A DNA stretch of 63,341 nucleotides, filler included, from Octopus bimaculoides (taxonomy: Eukaryota), in the NCBI RefSeq assembly GCF_001194135.2. It is 4 parts of 4 records of this genome, joined end to end, with 100 filler letters (N's around TTAATTAATTAA, not from the genome) between each part and the next. Parts side by side here need not be neighbours in the genome. Positions count along the whole stretch, not along the records: positions 16,713 to 34,054 come from NC_068983.1; positions 34,155 to 43,881 come from NC_068981.1; 2 more parts are not named here. One strand, given 5' to 3'. The notes beneath the pieces were generated by a model. That model worked only from the letters and a program-made list of their open reading frames with translations. It was not told the origin of the DNA and did no database searches. Every line of letters begins with the position of its first letter. The first letter of the stretch is position 1. The position numbers and the translations under genes were made by a program. This document shows, piece by piece, positions 26,829-38,689 of this stretch.

Positions 26829-26907
26829 AGAGCGCAGGCTACTAACCCCAAGATTCCGAGTTCGATTCCATGCAGTGACCTGAACAATAATAATAATAAT
26901 AATAATA
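26763..26907. repeat. Near-perfect inverted repeat of a tRNA-like head plus flanking (TTA)/(AAT)
   Basis: Arm 26763-26828 vs arm 26843-26907, with spacer AGAGCGCAGGCTAC. Confidence 0.9.
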
Positions 26908-27361
26908 NNNNNNNNNNNNNNNNNNNNNNNNNNNNNNNNNNNNNNNNNNNNNNNNNNNNNNNNNNNNNNNNNNNNNNNNNNNNNNNNNNNNNNNNNNNNN
27001 NNNNNNNNNNNNNNNNNNNNNNNNNNNNNNNNNNNNNNNNNNNNNNNNNNNNNNNNNNNNNNNNNNNNNNNNNNNNNNNNNNNNNNNNNNNNNNNNNNNN
27101 NNNNNNNNNNNNNNNNNNNNNNNNNNNNNNNNNNNNNNNNNNNNNNNNNNNNNNNNNNNNNNNNNNNNNNNNNNNNNNNNNNNNNNNNNNNNNNNNNNNN
27201 NNNNNNNNNNNNNNNNNNNNNNNNNNNNNNNNNNNNNNNNNNNNNNNNNNNNNNNNNNNNNNNNNNNNNNNNNNNNNNNNNNNNNNNNNNNNNNNNNNNN
27301 NNNNNNNNNNNNNNNNNNNNNNNNNNNNNNNNNNNNNNNNNNNNNNNNNNNNNNTATATAT

Positions 27362-27500
27362 ACACGACAGGCTTCCTTCAGTTTCCATCTACCAAATCCA
27401 CTCGCATTCGTCGACCCGAGGCTATAGTGGAAGAAAATTGCCCAAGGTGCCGCACATTGGGACTGAACCCGGAACCATGTGGTTGGGAAGCAAACTTTTT
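27362..27500 (-). mobile_element. SINE family C, head portion
   Basis: CAGTTTCCATCTACCAAATCCACTC...GGGACTGAACCCGGAACCATGTGGTTGGGAAGCAA. Confidence 0.8.
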
Positions 27501-27664
27501 GTCACAGTCTCACCTGAGCTTATGCATAACTTTCAGCTGATATGATGTGTATTTCTCCTCCAAGTCGCTATTTAAATAGGTCAAACCAACCAATCTTAGC
27601 TCATTTAGATAGAACAGCATACTCAGGATACTATTTCATTCATACATACCTATTTACCTAAATA

Positions 27665-28467
27665 CAGGGTGTCCCAAAAGTCACCGATGGTTTCAATTTT
27701 TAATAACTTCCTGAACGTTATAAATAAATGCATGAAATTTTGATACAATATAAAGGACATACTGGAAATTAATATGCATAAGTCAAATTGTGCAACACCA
27801 CTACATCACATATGAAAAATGACATCGCTTAAACGGCAGCCATTTTCGACTTCACATGCCCGTGCTCTTTCCAAACCTTGCACCATAATACCCTCAAGAG
27901 TTTCAGACCCCACTTCTCTGATTTATCTATTAATGTTCTTCAGTTGCTCCAGAGTCTCCGGTTTTTTTACGTAGATCCTCTCTTTCAGGTATCCCCCACA
28001 AGAAAAAATACGGGTTAGTCAAGTCTGGGGAACGTGAAGGCCATTCAAAGTAGACCTCACACATGGTTCCAGCAAGATGAGGCAACTGCTCATACCGCAA
28101 GAAAAACAATGCAGTTGCTACGGTAGTGCTTTGGAGAGAGAATAATCTCCCGCTACGGCAATGTTAACTGGCCTTCACGTTCCCCAGACTTGACTAGCCA
28201 GGATTTTTTCTTGTAGGGAAACCTGAAAGAAAGGGTTTACGTCAGCAATTCGGAGTCCCTTGTGCAACTGAAGGAGAACATCAATAGAGAAATCAGAGAA
28301 GTGGGGTCTGAAACTCTTGAGGGTGTTATGGTGCAAGGTTTGGAAAGAGCACGGGCGTGCGAATCCGAAAATGGCTACCATTTAAGCGATGTTATTTTTC
28401 ATATGTGACGTAGTGGTGTTGCAAAATTTGACTTGTGCATATTAATTTCCATTATGTCCTTTATATT
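27665..28467. mobile_element. Palindromic Tc1/mariner (ITm) derivative made of two transposase 3' ends
   Basis: TA followed by CAGGGTGTCCC at the left end. Arms 27747-28043 and 28169-28467 are reverse complements. Plus strand reads WFQQDEATAHTAR...WPSRSPDLT...LKERVYV. Confidence 0.85.
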
Positions 28468-28499
28468 TTAGAAAACTTATTTCTGTCTCTTCTCTCATG

Positions 28500-28785
28500 C
28501 ACGTCTATCTTAAGCGTTCATAATAACTTTTCTATCGTCTTGGCTTAACAACCCTCACTGTTTGTTTTACTGTCTTGTTCTCACTGTCTTGTTCTTGTTA
28601 ACACTTTCACCCTCCGCAAAAGATTCCAAATTTTATTTAATTTGCTTTGCGGGAAGGACTGTTCCAACAAAGTCGCGTATTGTCCTTGCCTTCGAAACGC
28701 GAAGTAGATGGAACAAGGACAACTGACGAAGGGTTATACTCTTTATGGTGCATGTCTCGTTTCTCTGTTTGTTTGTTTTGGGATG
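28500..28785 (+). mobile_element. Interspersed repeat family H (copy 2)
   Basis: Homologous to the reverse complement of 40-480. Boundaries are approximate. Confidence 0.55.
28673..28733 (+). ncRNA. Candidate hammerhead ribozyme, non-circularly permuted (copy 2)
   Basis: UCGCGU-A-UUGUCCUUG-CCUUC-GAAA-CGCGA-AGUAGAUGGAA-CAAGGACAA-CUGACGA-AGGG. Stem III is 6 bp, stem I is 9 bp, the site is GUA and stem II is weak. Confidence 0.6.
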
Positions 28786-29220
28786 AACCTGAAACCGTGC
28801 GGTTGGGAAGCAAGCTTTTTACCACTCAGACAGATGGTTTAAATAATAGATATTATGTAAGATGTGATATTGTATGAGTTAATATTACCTAAGGGGTGAC
28901 ATTGTTTAAGGTCTGACACAAGATGTGACGTTTTGTAAGATATAACAGTATATAAGATGTGACGTTACGTGGCATAAAGGTAGCATTGTGCCTTTTACAG
29001 AAACTATTGCATTGCTTCATTAGTGTTATTGCGTATGAGGCAGTAAAGGTCGTATGATGTAAAGGTCGCATTTCGTAAGGAGTGACATTAAATAAGAGTG
29101 ACATTGCAAAACGGAGATATTGCGAAACGGATGAAAATATGTGTGGATGGCATTACGTAGGTGTGGAAATTTCTCAAAAAGTTTTTTATATAAGGATTCG
29201 TTAGGGAGGTTTATATTTGA

Positions 29221-29642
29221 TTACTCTTTTACTCTTTTTACTCTTTTACTTGTTTCAGTCATTTGACTGCGGCCATGCTGGAGCACCGCCTTTAGTCGAG
29301 CAAATCGACCCCAGGACTTATTCTTTGGAAGCCTAGTACTTATTCAAACGGTCTCTTTTGCCGAACCGCTAAGTTACGGGGACGTAAACACACCAGCATC
29401 GGTTATCAAGCGATGGTGGGGGACAAACACAGACACACAAACACACACACACATGTATATATATATACATATATATACGACGGGCTGTTTTCAGTGTCCG
29501 TCTACCAAATCCACTCACAAGGCTTTGGTCGGCCCGAGGCTATAGTAGAAGACACTTGCCCAAGGTGCCACGCAGTGGGACTGAACCCAGAACCATGTGG
29601 TTGGTAAGCAAGCTACTTACCACACAGCCACTCCTGCACCTA
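29221..29642 (-). mobile_element. Full-length SINE family C (tRNA head, CORE-like segment, internal CA/TA microsatellite, repeated tail)
   Basis: Minus-strand A box GTGGCTGTGTGG, B box GGTTCAGTCCC, GGCACCTTGGGCAAGTGTCTT and tail (GAGTAAAA)n. Confidence 0.85.
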
Positions 29643-29850
29643 TATTGGTCATTTATTTCATTAGAAGTGATTAAATCCAGAGCAAGGAATGTTTAGGTTG
29701 AGTATAGAGAAGAATCTAGGATATTTTGAGGGACGGCGTTATATATGATGAGGCTGAACGTTGTTGTTGTTTAGCGCCAGATCAATGTTATTATCAAAAA
29801 TGTTCAAGTCGTGACCACCTTGTCTTTCTTTTCAGATATAGTGTATCTAT

Positions 29851-30237
29851 GTGGAGGCGCAATGGCCCAGTGGTTAAGGCAGCGGACTCGCGGTCATAGG
29901 ATCGTGGTTTCGATTCCCAGACTGGGCGTTGTGAGTGTTTATTGAGCGAAAACACCTAAAGCTCCACGAGGCTCCGGCAGGGGATGGTGGTGAACCCTGC
30001 TGTACTCTTCCACCACAACTTTCTCTCACTCTTTCTTCCTGTTTGTGTTGTACCTGTATTTCAAAGGGTCAGCCTTGTCACACTGTGTCACGCTGAATAT
30101 CCCCGAGAACTACGTTAAAGGTACACGTGTCCGTGGAGTGCTCAGCCACTTGCACGTTAATTTCACGAGCAGGCTGTTCTGTTGATCGGATCGACTGGAA
30201 CCCTCGACGTCGTAAGCGACGGAGTGCCAACAAGACA
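29851..30237 (+). mobile_element. Full-length tRNA-derived SINE family B with 10-bp TSD
   Basis: A box TGGCCCAGTGG, B box GTTTCGATTCC and 3' GGAGTGCCAACAAGACA. TSD AGTGTATCTA at 29840-29849 and 30238-30247. Confidence 0.9.
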
Positions 30238-30834
30238 AGTGTATCTAAAACTGCATTGTTCAAAACTTCCAAAAGTGTAAGATGCCACAGTAATGGTAAT
30301 ATTTAACAAAAAGTCATTAAAAGCAATGCTTTTTAAAACTTACTCTTGACCAAACTTTATTCCCTGTGGATTATGCCAAAATTTAATTCTTAGATTCGAA
30401 ACTTTTTCATAACATTCTTCTCAACTCTGAACCCAACATTAGCAAACGTTAACGGACGTAACTAAATACTGGAAATGCATTTAATTCGGCATTCTTCCAG
30501 TCTACCCCTTTGGTAAGTTAAGTCATGTTGACTCTAAGAAATATATAGCATAAAATCTTTGGGGTACGTGTGTGTGTTTGAGTACGTGTTAGTGTACTTA
30601 TGTCTATTTGTATATATGTAAGTGTATGAGTGTGTATGTTGTGTTGTTTGTGGTGTGAAATGCTGGACATAAATGAGAATTTTGTCATCTTTTTCATTTC
30701 GAGTTTTAAAAAACCTACCGAAATCAATTTCATAGTAAAATCAACGATGCATTGGTATCGAATCGATCGATTGTGTCTTCCACAAACTTGTAATCGTGCT
30801 GCAATCATTATTTTGAAACTGACTTGACAGTGAA

Positions 30835-31045
30835 CTGACAGAATCGTTAGCGCGTCGGACAAAATGCTTAGCGAAATTTTTTCCGGTTGTTTACGTTCTG
30901 AGTTTCAAATTCCGCCGAGGTCAACTTTGTTTTTTATCCTTTCATTATCACTAATAAAATAAAGTACCAGTCAAGTATTGGTGTCCATGTAATCAACTTG
31001 CCCCCTCCCCTCAAAACTATTGACCTTGTGCTGAAATTAAAAAGA
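30835..31045 (+). mobile_element. SINE family A
   Basis: CAGAATCGTTAGCG...GAGTTTCAAATTCCGCCGAGGTCAACTTTG...AAAGTACCAGTC...CTTGTGCTGAAATT. Confidence 0.8.
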
Positions 31046-31304
31046 ACTATTTCGAAACTGACTGTAGTAGAATCGTTAGCGTATCGTGCAAACTGTATTT
31101 CATTCAGGTCCTTTACGTTAATTAATGTTGAGTTCGATACTGAGAAATATGAAAAATTAGAAAAGTTTCGAATCTGAAGAATTGATTACAAGCATAATCG
31201 AAAAGAAAGAGAGACTGGGCAAGAGTTTTAAGTACATATAAAACTATAAAACTCTAATTCCTATACATTATTGTCAAAAATTACCGTTATTGTGGCATTC
31301 TACT

Positions 31305-31428
31305 ACCTTGGAAGCATTGAATAATGCGGTCCTGAATACACTATATCTAAAAAGAAAGATAGAGTGGTCCCGACCAGAACGCTTTTGATAAGAGAACTGA
31401 TCTGGGGCGGCGAAGCAACAACAGCAAC
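31305..31428 (-). mobile_element. Unclassified interspersed repeat (family E); uninterrupted counterpart of 29760-29849/30248-30280
   Basis: The reverse complement matches CCAGATCA..TTATCAAAA..GACCAC..TCTTTCTTTT(C/T)AGATATAGTGTAT and continues across the SINE B insertion site. Confidence 0.6.
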
Positions 31429-31627
31429 GACATTTTCACTACCGTCAGACTCTCCTGATTCAATTCTATATTCATCCTTAAGCAGTCCTTACCCTGAATC
31501 ACATCAGTTCTGATTCAGCTATATCGAAACAACATTGTCCCGTATATCCCACCTTTTTTTTTTTTTTTTTATCAGCGGGATTGATTTGTGGAAGTTGTTG
31601 CTGCTATTTCTAACAGGTCGAGTGACT

Positions 31628-31683
<56 letters not shown>

Positions 31684-32029
31684 GCGCGTGCGTCTGTGTG
31701 TTTGAGTATGTATTAGTGTTTATGCGTTTGTGCATGTTCTAGGGAGTGTTAGTTTGTGTGTTTGTACTCTGTGTATGAATGCGTTTGTGAAAGAAAGTAG
31801 ACAGATAAAGAGGGAGAGTAATTTGAGATGGAAAGAGAGAGAATAATTAAGTGAGCAATAACAAGCAGGTGTCATACTTGAAGTCCTTCTTTGCTAACAA
31901 GACAAGTCTACTTCCAATAATGTACACAACACTACAGATGTGTACATTTTACTGTCGGTCTTACAAAAAACAAAATGAAGCAACACTCGAACGGGACACC
32001 AAAGAAACAATAACAATGGAAACTATAGG

Positions 32030-32165
32030 AGAATCGGCAGAGTCGTTAGACTGTCGGAAAGAATATTTCGTGGCATTTTCTTTGATTCTCAACGTTCTGG
32101 GATCAAATCCGCCGATGTCAACTGTGTCTTTCATCTTTTTTGAGGTCGATAAAAATGTGCCAATC
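32030..32165 (+). mobile_element. Degenerate SINE family A
   Basis: GGCAGAGTCGTTAG...GGATCAAATCCGCCGATGTCAACTGTGTCTTTCATC...GAGGTCGATAAAA. Confidence 0.65.
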
Positions 32166-32199
32166 CTGGGTGATTAGAACTGCAGGAATGTCGAACTAG

Positions 32200-33880
32200 A
32201 TACCTAATGGTATTTGGTTCAGCACTTTGTGTCTTGGATGCCTTTAGTAGAGTCCATTCTGTTGCAAGCACTCGGCCAGGTCTCCAGTTTGAAGATACCT
32301 TCTTCCATTCACACCTCCCGCTAGTCTTTATTATTTTGGTGTTCGATATAATCGTCTCCCATCAACATAACAACTCCTCAGTTTTCTACTTCTCATTCAT
32401 AGTTGTGAAACATGGGTTTGATAGGTTTACACACGTCCTTAACAGAATGCTTCCAATAGCTTACTCGCTTTTATTCTCATTTTTTTTTTTTTTTACCTTT
32501 CTCCAAGTTCTATCGTCTCATCGCCAAGACGATGAGAAGATGATGGAGCCTGGAGAAGTGGACAACAAGAATGAGATAGAGTTTGCAACCCTCTAGACGT
32601 CCCTGTTCTAAAGGAAAAGATCACTTGGTTTATCAGTACCCTACATCGTCCCTTACCTGATATTTCGCTCGCCTTTGCCTCTTCTTTGGCTATCCTTACA
32701 GCTCCGACTAAAAGTGCTTCAGAAACATTAATAGCAGCAGCCATAATCTTCCCCTCCGGGGCCTGGTTGTATTGTTGTTGTGGTTGTAATTGTTGCCTCT
32801 GATAATGTCTACCACCCTCTTGTTTCTTACGCTTTCCCTCATCTTCTGAACTGAAAGCTCTCAAATGGCCTTTACTCCAACCTTTATGACCTGCACTACT
32901 AGTGTGACTGACCCCCATCTCTGCTGCTTCAGTGAACTGTAAATCTGAAATAATCTTATTGTTGCTGGTCACCTTCATACTTATATGTTGTACAAAGTTG
33001 ACGAGAAAGCTAGGGTCATCCTTCGTGCTAATATTTCAATTCATAATGCTTGTATTCGTGAGATGCATCAACTGTGGAGTCAGCCTTCAGGAAGGTGTGT
33101 GGTATACTAGTGCTGTCTGTAACCGTATCAAAGATCATTCTTGCTGCTAGCACGTCGGTTGCAATGCTTTTAGTAATCGCCTCTTTCGATGTTTCTGGAG
33201 ATGTACCTGGAGGTACACAAGCAACAGCAGCTTCAGTGGCCTGCAGTTACTGGGCTTTCTTTTCTTTTCTTTTTCTTTTGTTCTTTTTGTCTTGTGCTTT
33301 GTTTTTGTTTGGCGGGAGTTGTTCTTTTTATCTTACGTTTTGTTGTCGTTTTTGTTCTTTTTTTTTCCTGAACTTTTCTAACTCTTCTGAGCAGAAAGCC
33401 CTTAACTTATCCATACTATCACATGCGTAGCAGCTGGGTTTTCTGCCCTGAATATGATATTTTTCTCTAGGTAACCATCAGAGGACACAACTCCGGGGCC
33501 TCTTGTGACGTCATGAAGACTTACCTGTCCTCAGAGACATATCACTCTACTACATATGATCAAAAGTCAAGTCGTTGATAATAACCTGTTCTAATTGTGC
33601 AGGAGTCAACGTTGTGACCGATGACTTTAACATCGGCGACGAAGTTGTTTTGTTGTGACACTAGTCTCTGGACAGGTGTGTGCCACTAACTGAGCATCTC
33701 TCTTCACCCCTTCACTTTTTTAAAAACAGCACCCAGTATGATATATAACCCCGCCCATCAACTGATACAGAAAATCTCGCTCCACATATCCTCAAGTACT
33801 ACCGTCAACTGTTCTTTGAAATGTGCAGAGAATGTTCCTGTGGCTTTAGCAATACACAGTTAAGTTACTTTCTTTTTTGC
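32200..33880 (-). mobile_element. Possible decayed LINE ORF1 region
   Basis: Minus strand HIQGRKPSCYACDSMDKLRAFC (~33390-33455) has CX2CX4[H>K]X4C knuckle spacing, followed by a K/E/R-rich stretch. No RT motif seen; extent uncertain. Confidence 0.3.
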
Positions 33881-33901
33881 GCTTATATGACAGTTTCAGG
33901 A

Positions 33902-34054
33902 GTGGAGGCGCAATGGCCCAGTGGTTAGGGCAGCGGACTCGCGGTCATAGGATCGTGGTTTCGATTCCCAGAACGGGCATTGTGAGTGTTTATTGAGCGA
34001 AAACACCTAAAGCTCCACGAGGCTCCGGCAGGGGATGGTGGCGAAACCCTGCTG
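33902..34054 (+). mobile_element. SINE family B, truncated by scaffold join
   Basis: Near-identical to 29851-30000. Confidence 0.9.
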
Positions 34055-34154
34055 NNNNNNNNNNNNNNNNNNNNNNNNNNNNNNNNNNNNNNNNNNNNTT
34101 AATTAATTAANNNNNNNNNNNNNNNNNNNNNNNNNNNNNNNNNNNNNNNNNNNN
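34055..34154. other. Artificial scaffold-join spacer
   Basis: 44N-TTAATTAATTAA-44N. Confidence 0.9.
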
Positions 34155-34190
<36 letters not shown>

Positions 34191-34191
<1 letters not shown>

Positions 34192-35050
34192 GATCTAATA
34201 AATATGTACCCGGACTGTTGCCATAGTAACGAAGCTGAATCGTGGAAAGTACAACCACTTAGCACAGATTGAGATTGATCTCTGCTGTTCATGTGCACTG
34301 CATTTCTCGCTCACTTTCGCTGTTTACAGCAGTACTTGGAAGGAACGTGTGTAGTGTGTGATCGTCGCATTGATCACGACAGAGAATGTTGAGAAGAGAA
34401 TCTCAATCAAATTTTGCCAAAAGCTTGGTGATACCTGTTCAGAGGCCTACGCAAAGTTGTCAAAAAATTTTTTTGTTTTCGACACAATCAATGAGATCTA
34501 GTGGAACAGAAACCTGATTGTCTTTTTGGCCAGCTAAAAGTAGTTTTAGCACAAACTTGACAGACACGCGTCTCATTCTGAAATCTTCAGTGATAATGGA
34601 CTGAAGCGAACCGTTACTAATCTGTATATTCTCTGATAACTCACGGATGGTGAATCGACGATTTTCCCTCACTGCAGCATGCACATCTGCGATGTTTTTC
34701 TCAGTTCTGCTGATTGTGGGTCTCTCAGAACGTTCGTCAATATCGACATTGTTTCGGCCATTTTGGAAACGTCTGAAACACTTCTACACTTGTGTGCTGC
34801 TCATACAATTCTCTCCATAGACTTTCTGCAACTTTGCGTAAGCCTGTATGCAGGTATCGCCATGACAACTTTCTCTGTCATGGTCAATACAACGATCACA
34901 CACTGCACATATTCCTTCCAAGCACTGCTGTAAGCAAAGGAAGTAAGCTAGAACGTTAAAACTTATTGCACCTGCACAGCAAGCGCTTTACTCTGCGTGT
35001 TTAGCTTTGTTACTATGACAACAGTCCGGATACTTATTGATCAGACCCAG
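34191..35050. mobile_element. Palindromic mariner derivative made of two transposase 5' ends
   Basis: Arms ~34191-34459 and 34829-35050 are reverse complements. The right end is CCGGATACTTATTGATCAGACCCAG followed by TA. Plus strand has EKRISIKFCQKLGDTCSEAYAKL; minus strand has AKLQKVYG...RENRRFTIRELS...MRRVSVKFV. Confidence 0.85.
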
Positions 35051-35051
35051 T

Positions 35052-35547
35052 ATGTATGCATATGTGTGTGTATATATATGTATATACGTATATATATATA
35101 TGTATATATATATATGTATATATATGTATATGTATATATGTATATATACGTATATATTTATGTATATATGTATGTATATGTATATATATATATATATATG
35201 TATATATATGTATATATATATGTATATATATATGTGTGTGTATATATNNNNNNNNNNNNNNNNNNNNNNNNNNNNNNNNNNNNNNNNNNNNNNNNNNNNN
35301 NNNNNNNNNNNNNNNNNNNNNNNNNNNNNNNNNNNNNNNNNNNNNNNNNNNNNNNNNNNNNNNNNNNNNNNNNNNNNNNNNNNNNNNNNNNNNNNNNNNN
35401 NNNNNNNNNNNNNNNNNNNNNNNNNNNNNNNNNNNNNNNNNNNNNNNNNNNNNNNNNNNNNNNNNNNNNNNNNNNNNNNNNNNNNNNNNNNNNNNNNNNN
35501 NNNNNNNNNNNNNNNNNNNNNNNNNNNNNNNNNNNNNNNNNNNNNNN

Positions 35548-35594
<47 letters not shown>

Positions 35595-35657
35595 TAAACC
35601 ACTTAGAAATGTGTATTTATCTATGTATGTTCGCATATATGTATGCCTTTATGTACG

Positions 35658-35715
<58 letters not shown>
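35052..35715. repeat. (TA)/(TATG)/(CTAT)n microsatellite complex with gap
   Basis: Direct reading. Confidence 0.9.
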
Positions 35716-36270
35716 GACATGTGCTTTCCTACACTTACTTACATATATACAATGTCTGAAGTTTCGTTCTGTGAACGTGACAAAGTGTGCCGGCATGTGT
35801 GCCTTTCTGAGTGTGTGCATAAGTTTCTTACATATTTAAGGCTTTTCTTACGTTTATTTACATAGTTTCAGCTTTAGCAAAAGTAGCATATTTTGTCAGA
35901 CTTTATCTTGTCTAAATCTATTATTTGTCGCTTTGATTAAGCTATTTTCGATTTACTTGGAAAACACATCAATTTTCTAAAATGAATAAAAAATAAAGAT
36001 GTAATTTTATTTTCTACTCTTATACAAATGACTTAATAATGTATAAATCCTTTTCTCTTTTCCTTCCTTTATATACTTTTAAAATCTTGATTTGTTTTCA
36101 TTTCTCTGTTATTAAGTTTCACATATCTTCAATACCCTCTGTTTTTGCTTATAATACGAGGAATCGTAAGCCGAAGTAAATACCTATTTTGTAAGATACA
36201 CTATCGTAAGATTAATATGTTTGTCTGTCTGTCTCTCTGTCTGTCCGTCTGTATGTATATATGTACGTAA

Positions 36271-36302
<32 letters not shown>

Positions 36303-36346
36303 CTCTTTGACTATCTGACTCTCCCTCCCTCCCCTGTCTGTCTGCG

Positions 36347-36464
<118 letters not shown>

Positions 36465-38164
36465 AAGGGAGAGTGAAAATGAATTAAAAGATGGATAGCA
36501 GTTGCTAATGGCACCAAATCATTTATAAAATAGTTAGGCAGAAGTATAAAGACACACACATACACCCATATACACACACACTCACACACATATATATGTG
36601 TATATGTATATACACATATATATATAAAGAGAAAGTTAACTATAAATAAAGAATATATCATAATTTTGCTAGGTTTTTCAGAACGAACGAAACTAGAGAA
36701 AGGCAATAGTTATATTATGCTATAATTTATTTTATGCATACAAGCCCGAATGTACACCATATTATATAATAACAAAATAGATACCACAAAGAGTACATAT
36801 GTGTATAATTATTTAAAACGATATAATTATATATAATAATTGTTATTTTATTTATTTTGTTGTGTCGACGCCTCCAAGTGAAGAAGTAGGGTCGCCCAAG
36901 ACATATAAATAGAGGTAGTCTGACCGTGGTAGAGTGTTGAGTGACTGTTGAGTAGCCGTCGTGTAGCGGTTGAGTAGAGATCATCCGAAGGTGCTAGATA
37001 GCAGTAGCTTGAGACATAACATATTTGTATTTATGTAACCATTATTCCTAGTACAAAATACTAAATTGCTTAGTTTATAAGAAGAAGAAATATCTGCAAA
37101 TCAGAGCTTATATATAGATAAATTAAGTACCTACAGAAAAATAGCCGGAATTACGTACTTGGAATATAAAAGTTTTTGATCACAATATAGCATCATATGA
37201 AATTATTCATTTATTATTATTACTACAATAAACTAATAAATTCAATGAATACATTTATAAATGTATAGTTATTTAATATAACGAAGATAGTGTACTTAAA
37301 ATTTATTATTAAAATTTAACTACGAATATAATGTATTTTACAGTCAGTACAAATAAGGACAAATGTGTCATGGCCAACAGGAAATGGTGTTTCCTAGGGC
37401 TAAATAGCAGTAGCATTCTTCCCTTTCATGGGACTGTCACATTAAGTTGACAACATACCATCGTGCTGCTACTGTATAAATCTCTGTGAGAGATTTAGAA
37501 ACAAATATTTTTATTAGTACTTAAAACAAAACATTATAAAGAAATCCACTGAAAAAAAATTTCAGATATCCACATTAATATACTATTCAAAATAACAAAC
37601 CTCTACTCACAATACAAGAAATTTACAAACTATTCAGTATAAAGACAAAAATTTATTTTGCCTAAAACAATAAAAATTTAGCTAGAATAAAAACCTAGTT
37701 AGAATAAAAATATAAGTTAAGCAGAAAAACAGGAATGTCAGTAAAGTGAGATTTCATAATAAAGCTTCATAGATATATATATATCCTGAAAGTCCATACT
37801 TTAATAGATTATAAAAGAGAAAAAAAGGATGCGAGAAGCCTTTTAGAGAGGTTTATCCTGGACAGGTAAATAAAAATCCTATGTAGGCACTTAAAAGTTC
37901 TAAGGGTTAATTCTCAAACCCCTTATATATCAACTTCGATTATGAACTCTCAGAGTTTTTAAATGTCTTTCCAGGAGAAACCAGCGAAAATGATTACGCG
38001 GACTCTCCTCTCTTTCTCATTGTGACATTAGAGTATGAACTTTAATGATATATACTTATATATGAAGATTTACACTGAAAACAAGTGAGACTGAAACTGG
38101 AACCAAGTTATTGGCAAGCAAGCTACTTATCACGTAGCCACTCCTGCATTTTCCATTTTCATAA

Positions 38165-38550
38165 TGAATTTAGAGATATTAAATGTGAAGTTTATAGAGA
38201 TGATGCGCTATTTTTGATTGATAGTCTATCAAAGAGGAAATCGGACCAATATGCGAAAAAATCCATAGATATTTTAAAGGTTCGGTTTATCTATTTCTAT
38301 TGAAAATGAACATAATTTTGTTAATTACTTATATGTTAATCTGAACCTTGTTACTGGCCAATATATTCCATAGCATAAACCTAACAATAATTTGAAATAT
38401 ATTAACTTGAATAGTAATTATCCTAAAGCAATTACACGAACTTTAGTTAATAATATTTCGAGGCGTTTTTCATATCTATCTTCTAATGAGGAAATCTTTA
38501 ATAATAATGTAGAATATAATAATGTTGTTCTTAAAGAAGCGGGACATTTG
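38165..38550 (+). pseudogene. Penelope-like element reverse transcriptase fragment
   Basis: VYRDDALF; VNYLYVNLNLVTGQY; KPNNNLKYINLNSNYPKAITRTLVNNISRRFSYLSSNEEIF. Confidence 0.75.
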
Positions 38551-38689
38551 CATAGCATTAGATATTGTAATAAAAATGAGGACTGTAATAAATCTTATTA
38601 TAAGGAGGACTGCAATAAATCTTATTATAATAATCCATTGACAATAGAATGTGTAGATTTAATAGCGGAGATTTGTGCAATTTGATAAA

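Noticed and set aside
29851-29925. tRNA gene calls for SINE heads (also 33902, 42452, 43315)
   Set aside because: They continue into shared SINE bodies, with a TSD in one case, and do not form a complete cloverleaf followed by a terminator.
36858-37130. Possible solo LTR (TGTTGTG start, TATAAATAG)
   Set aside because: No clear CA end, TSD or second copy in the window.
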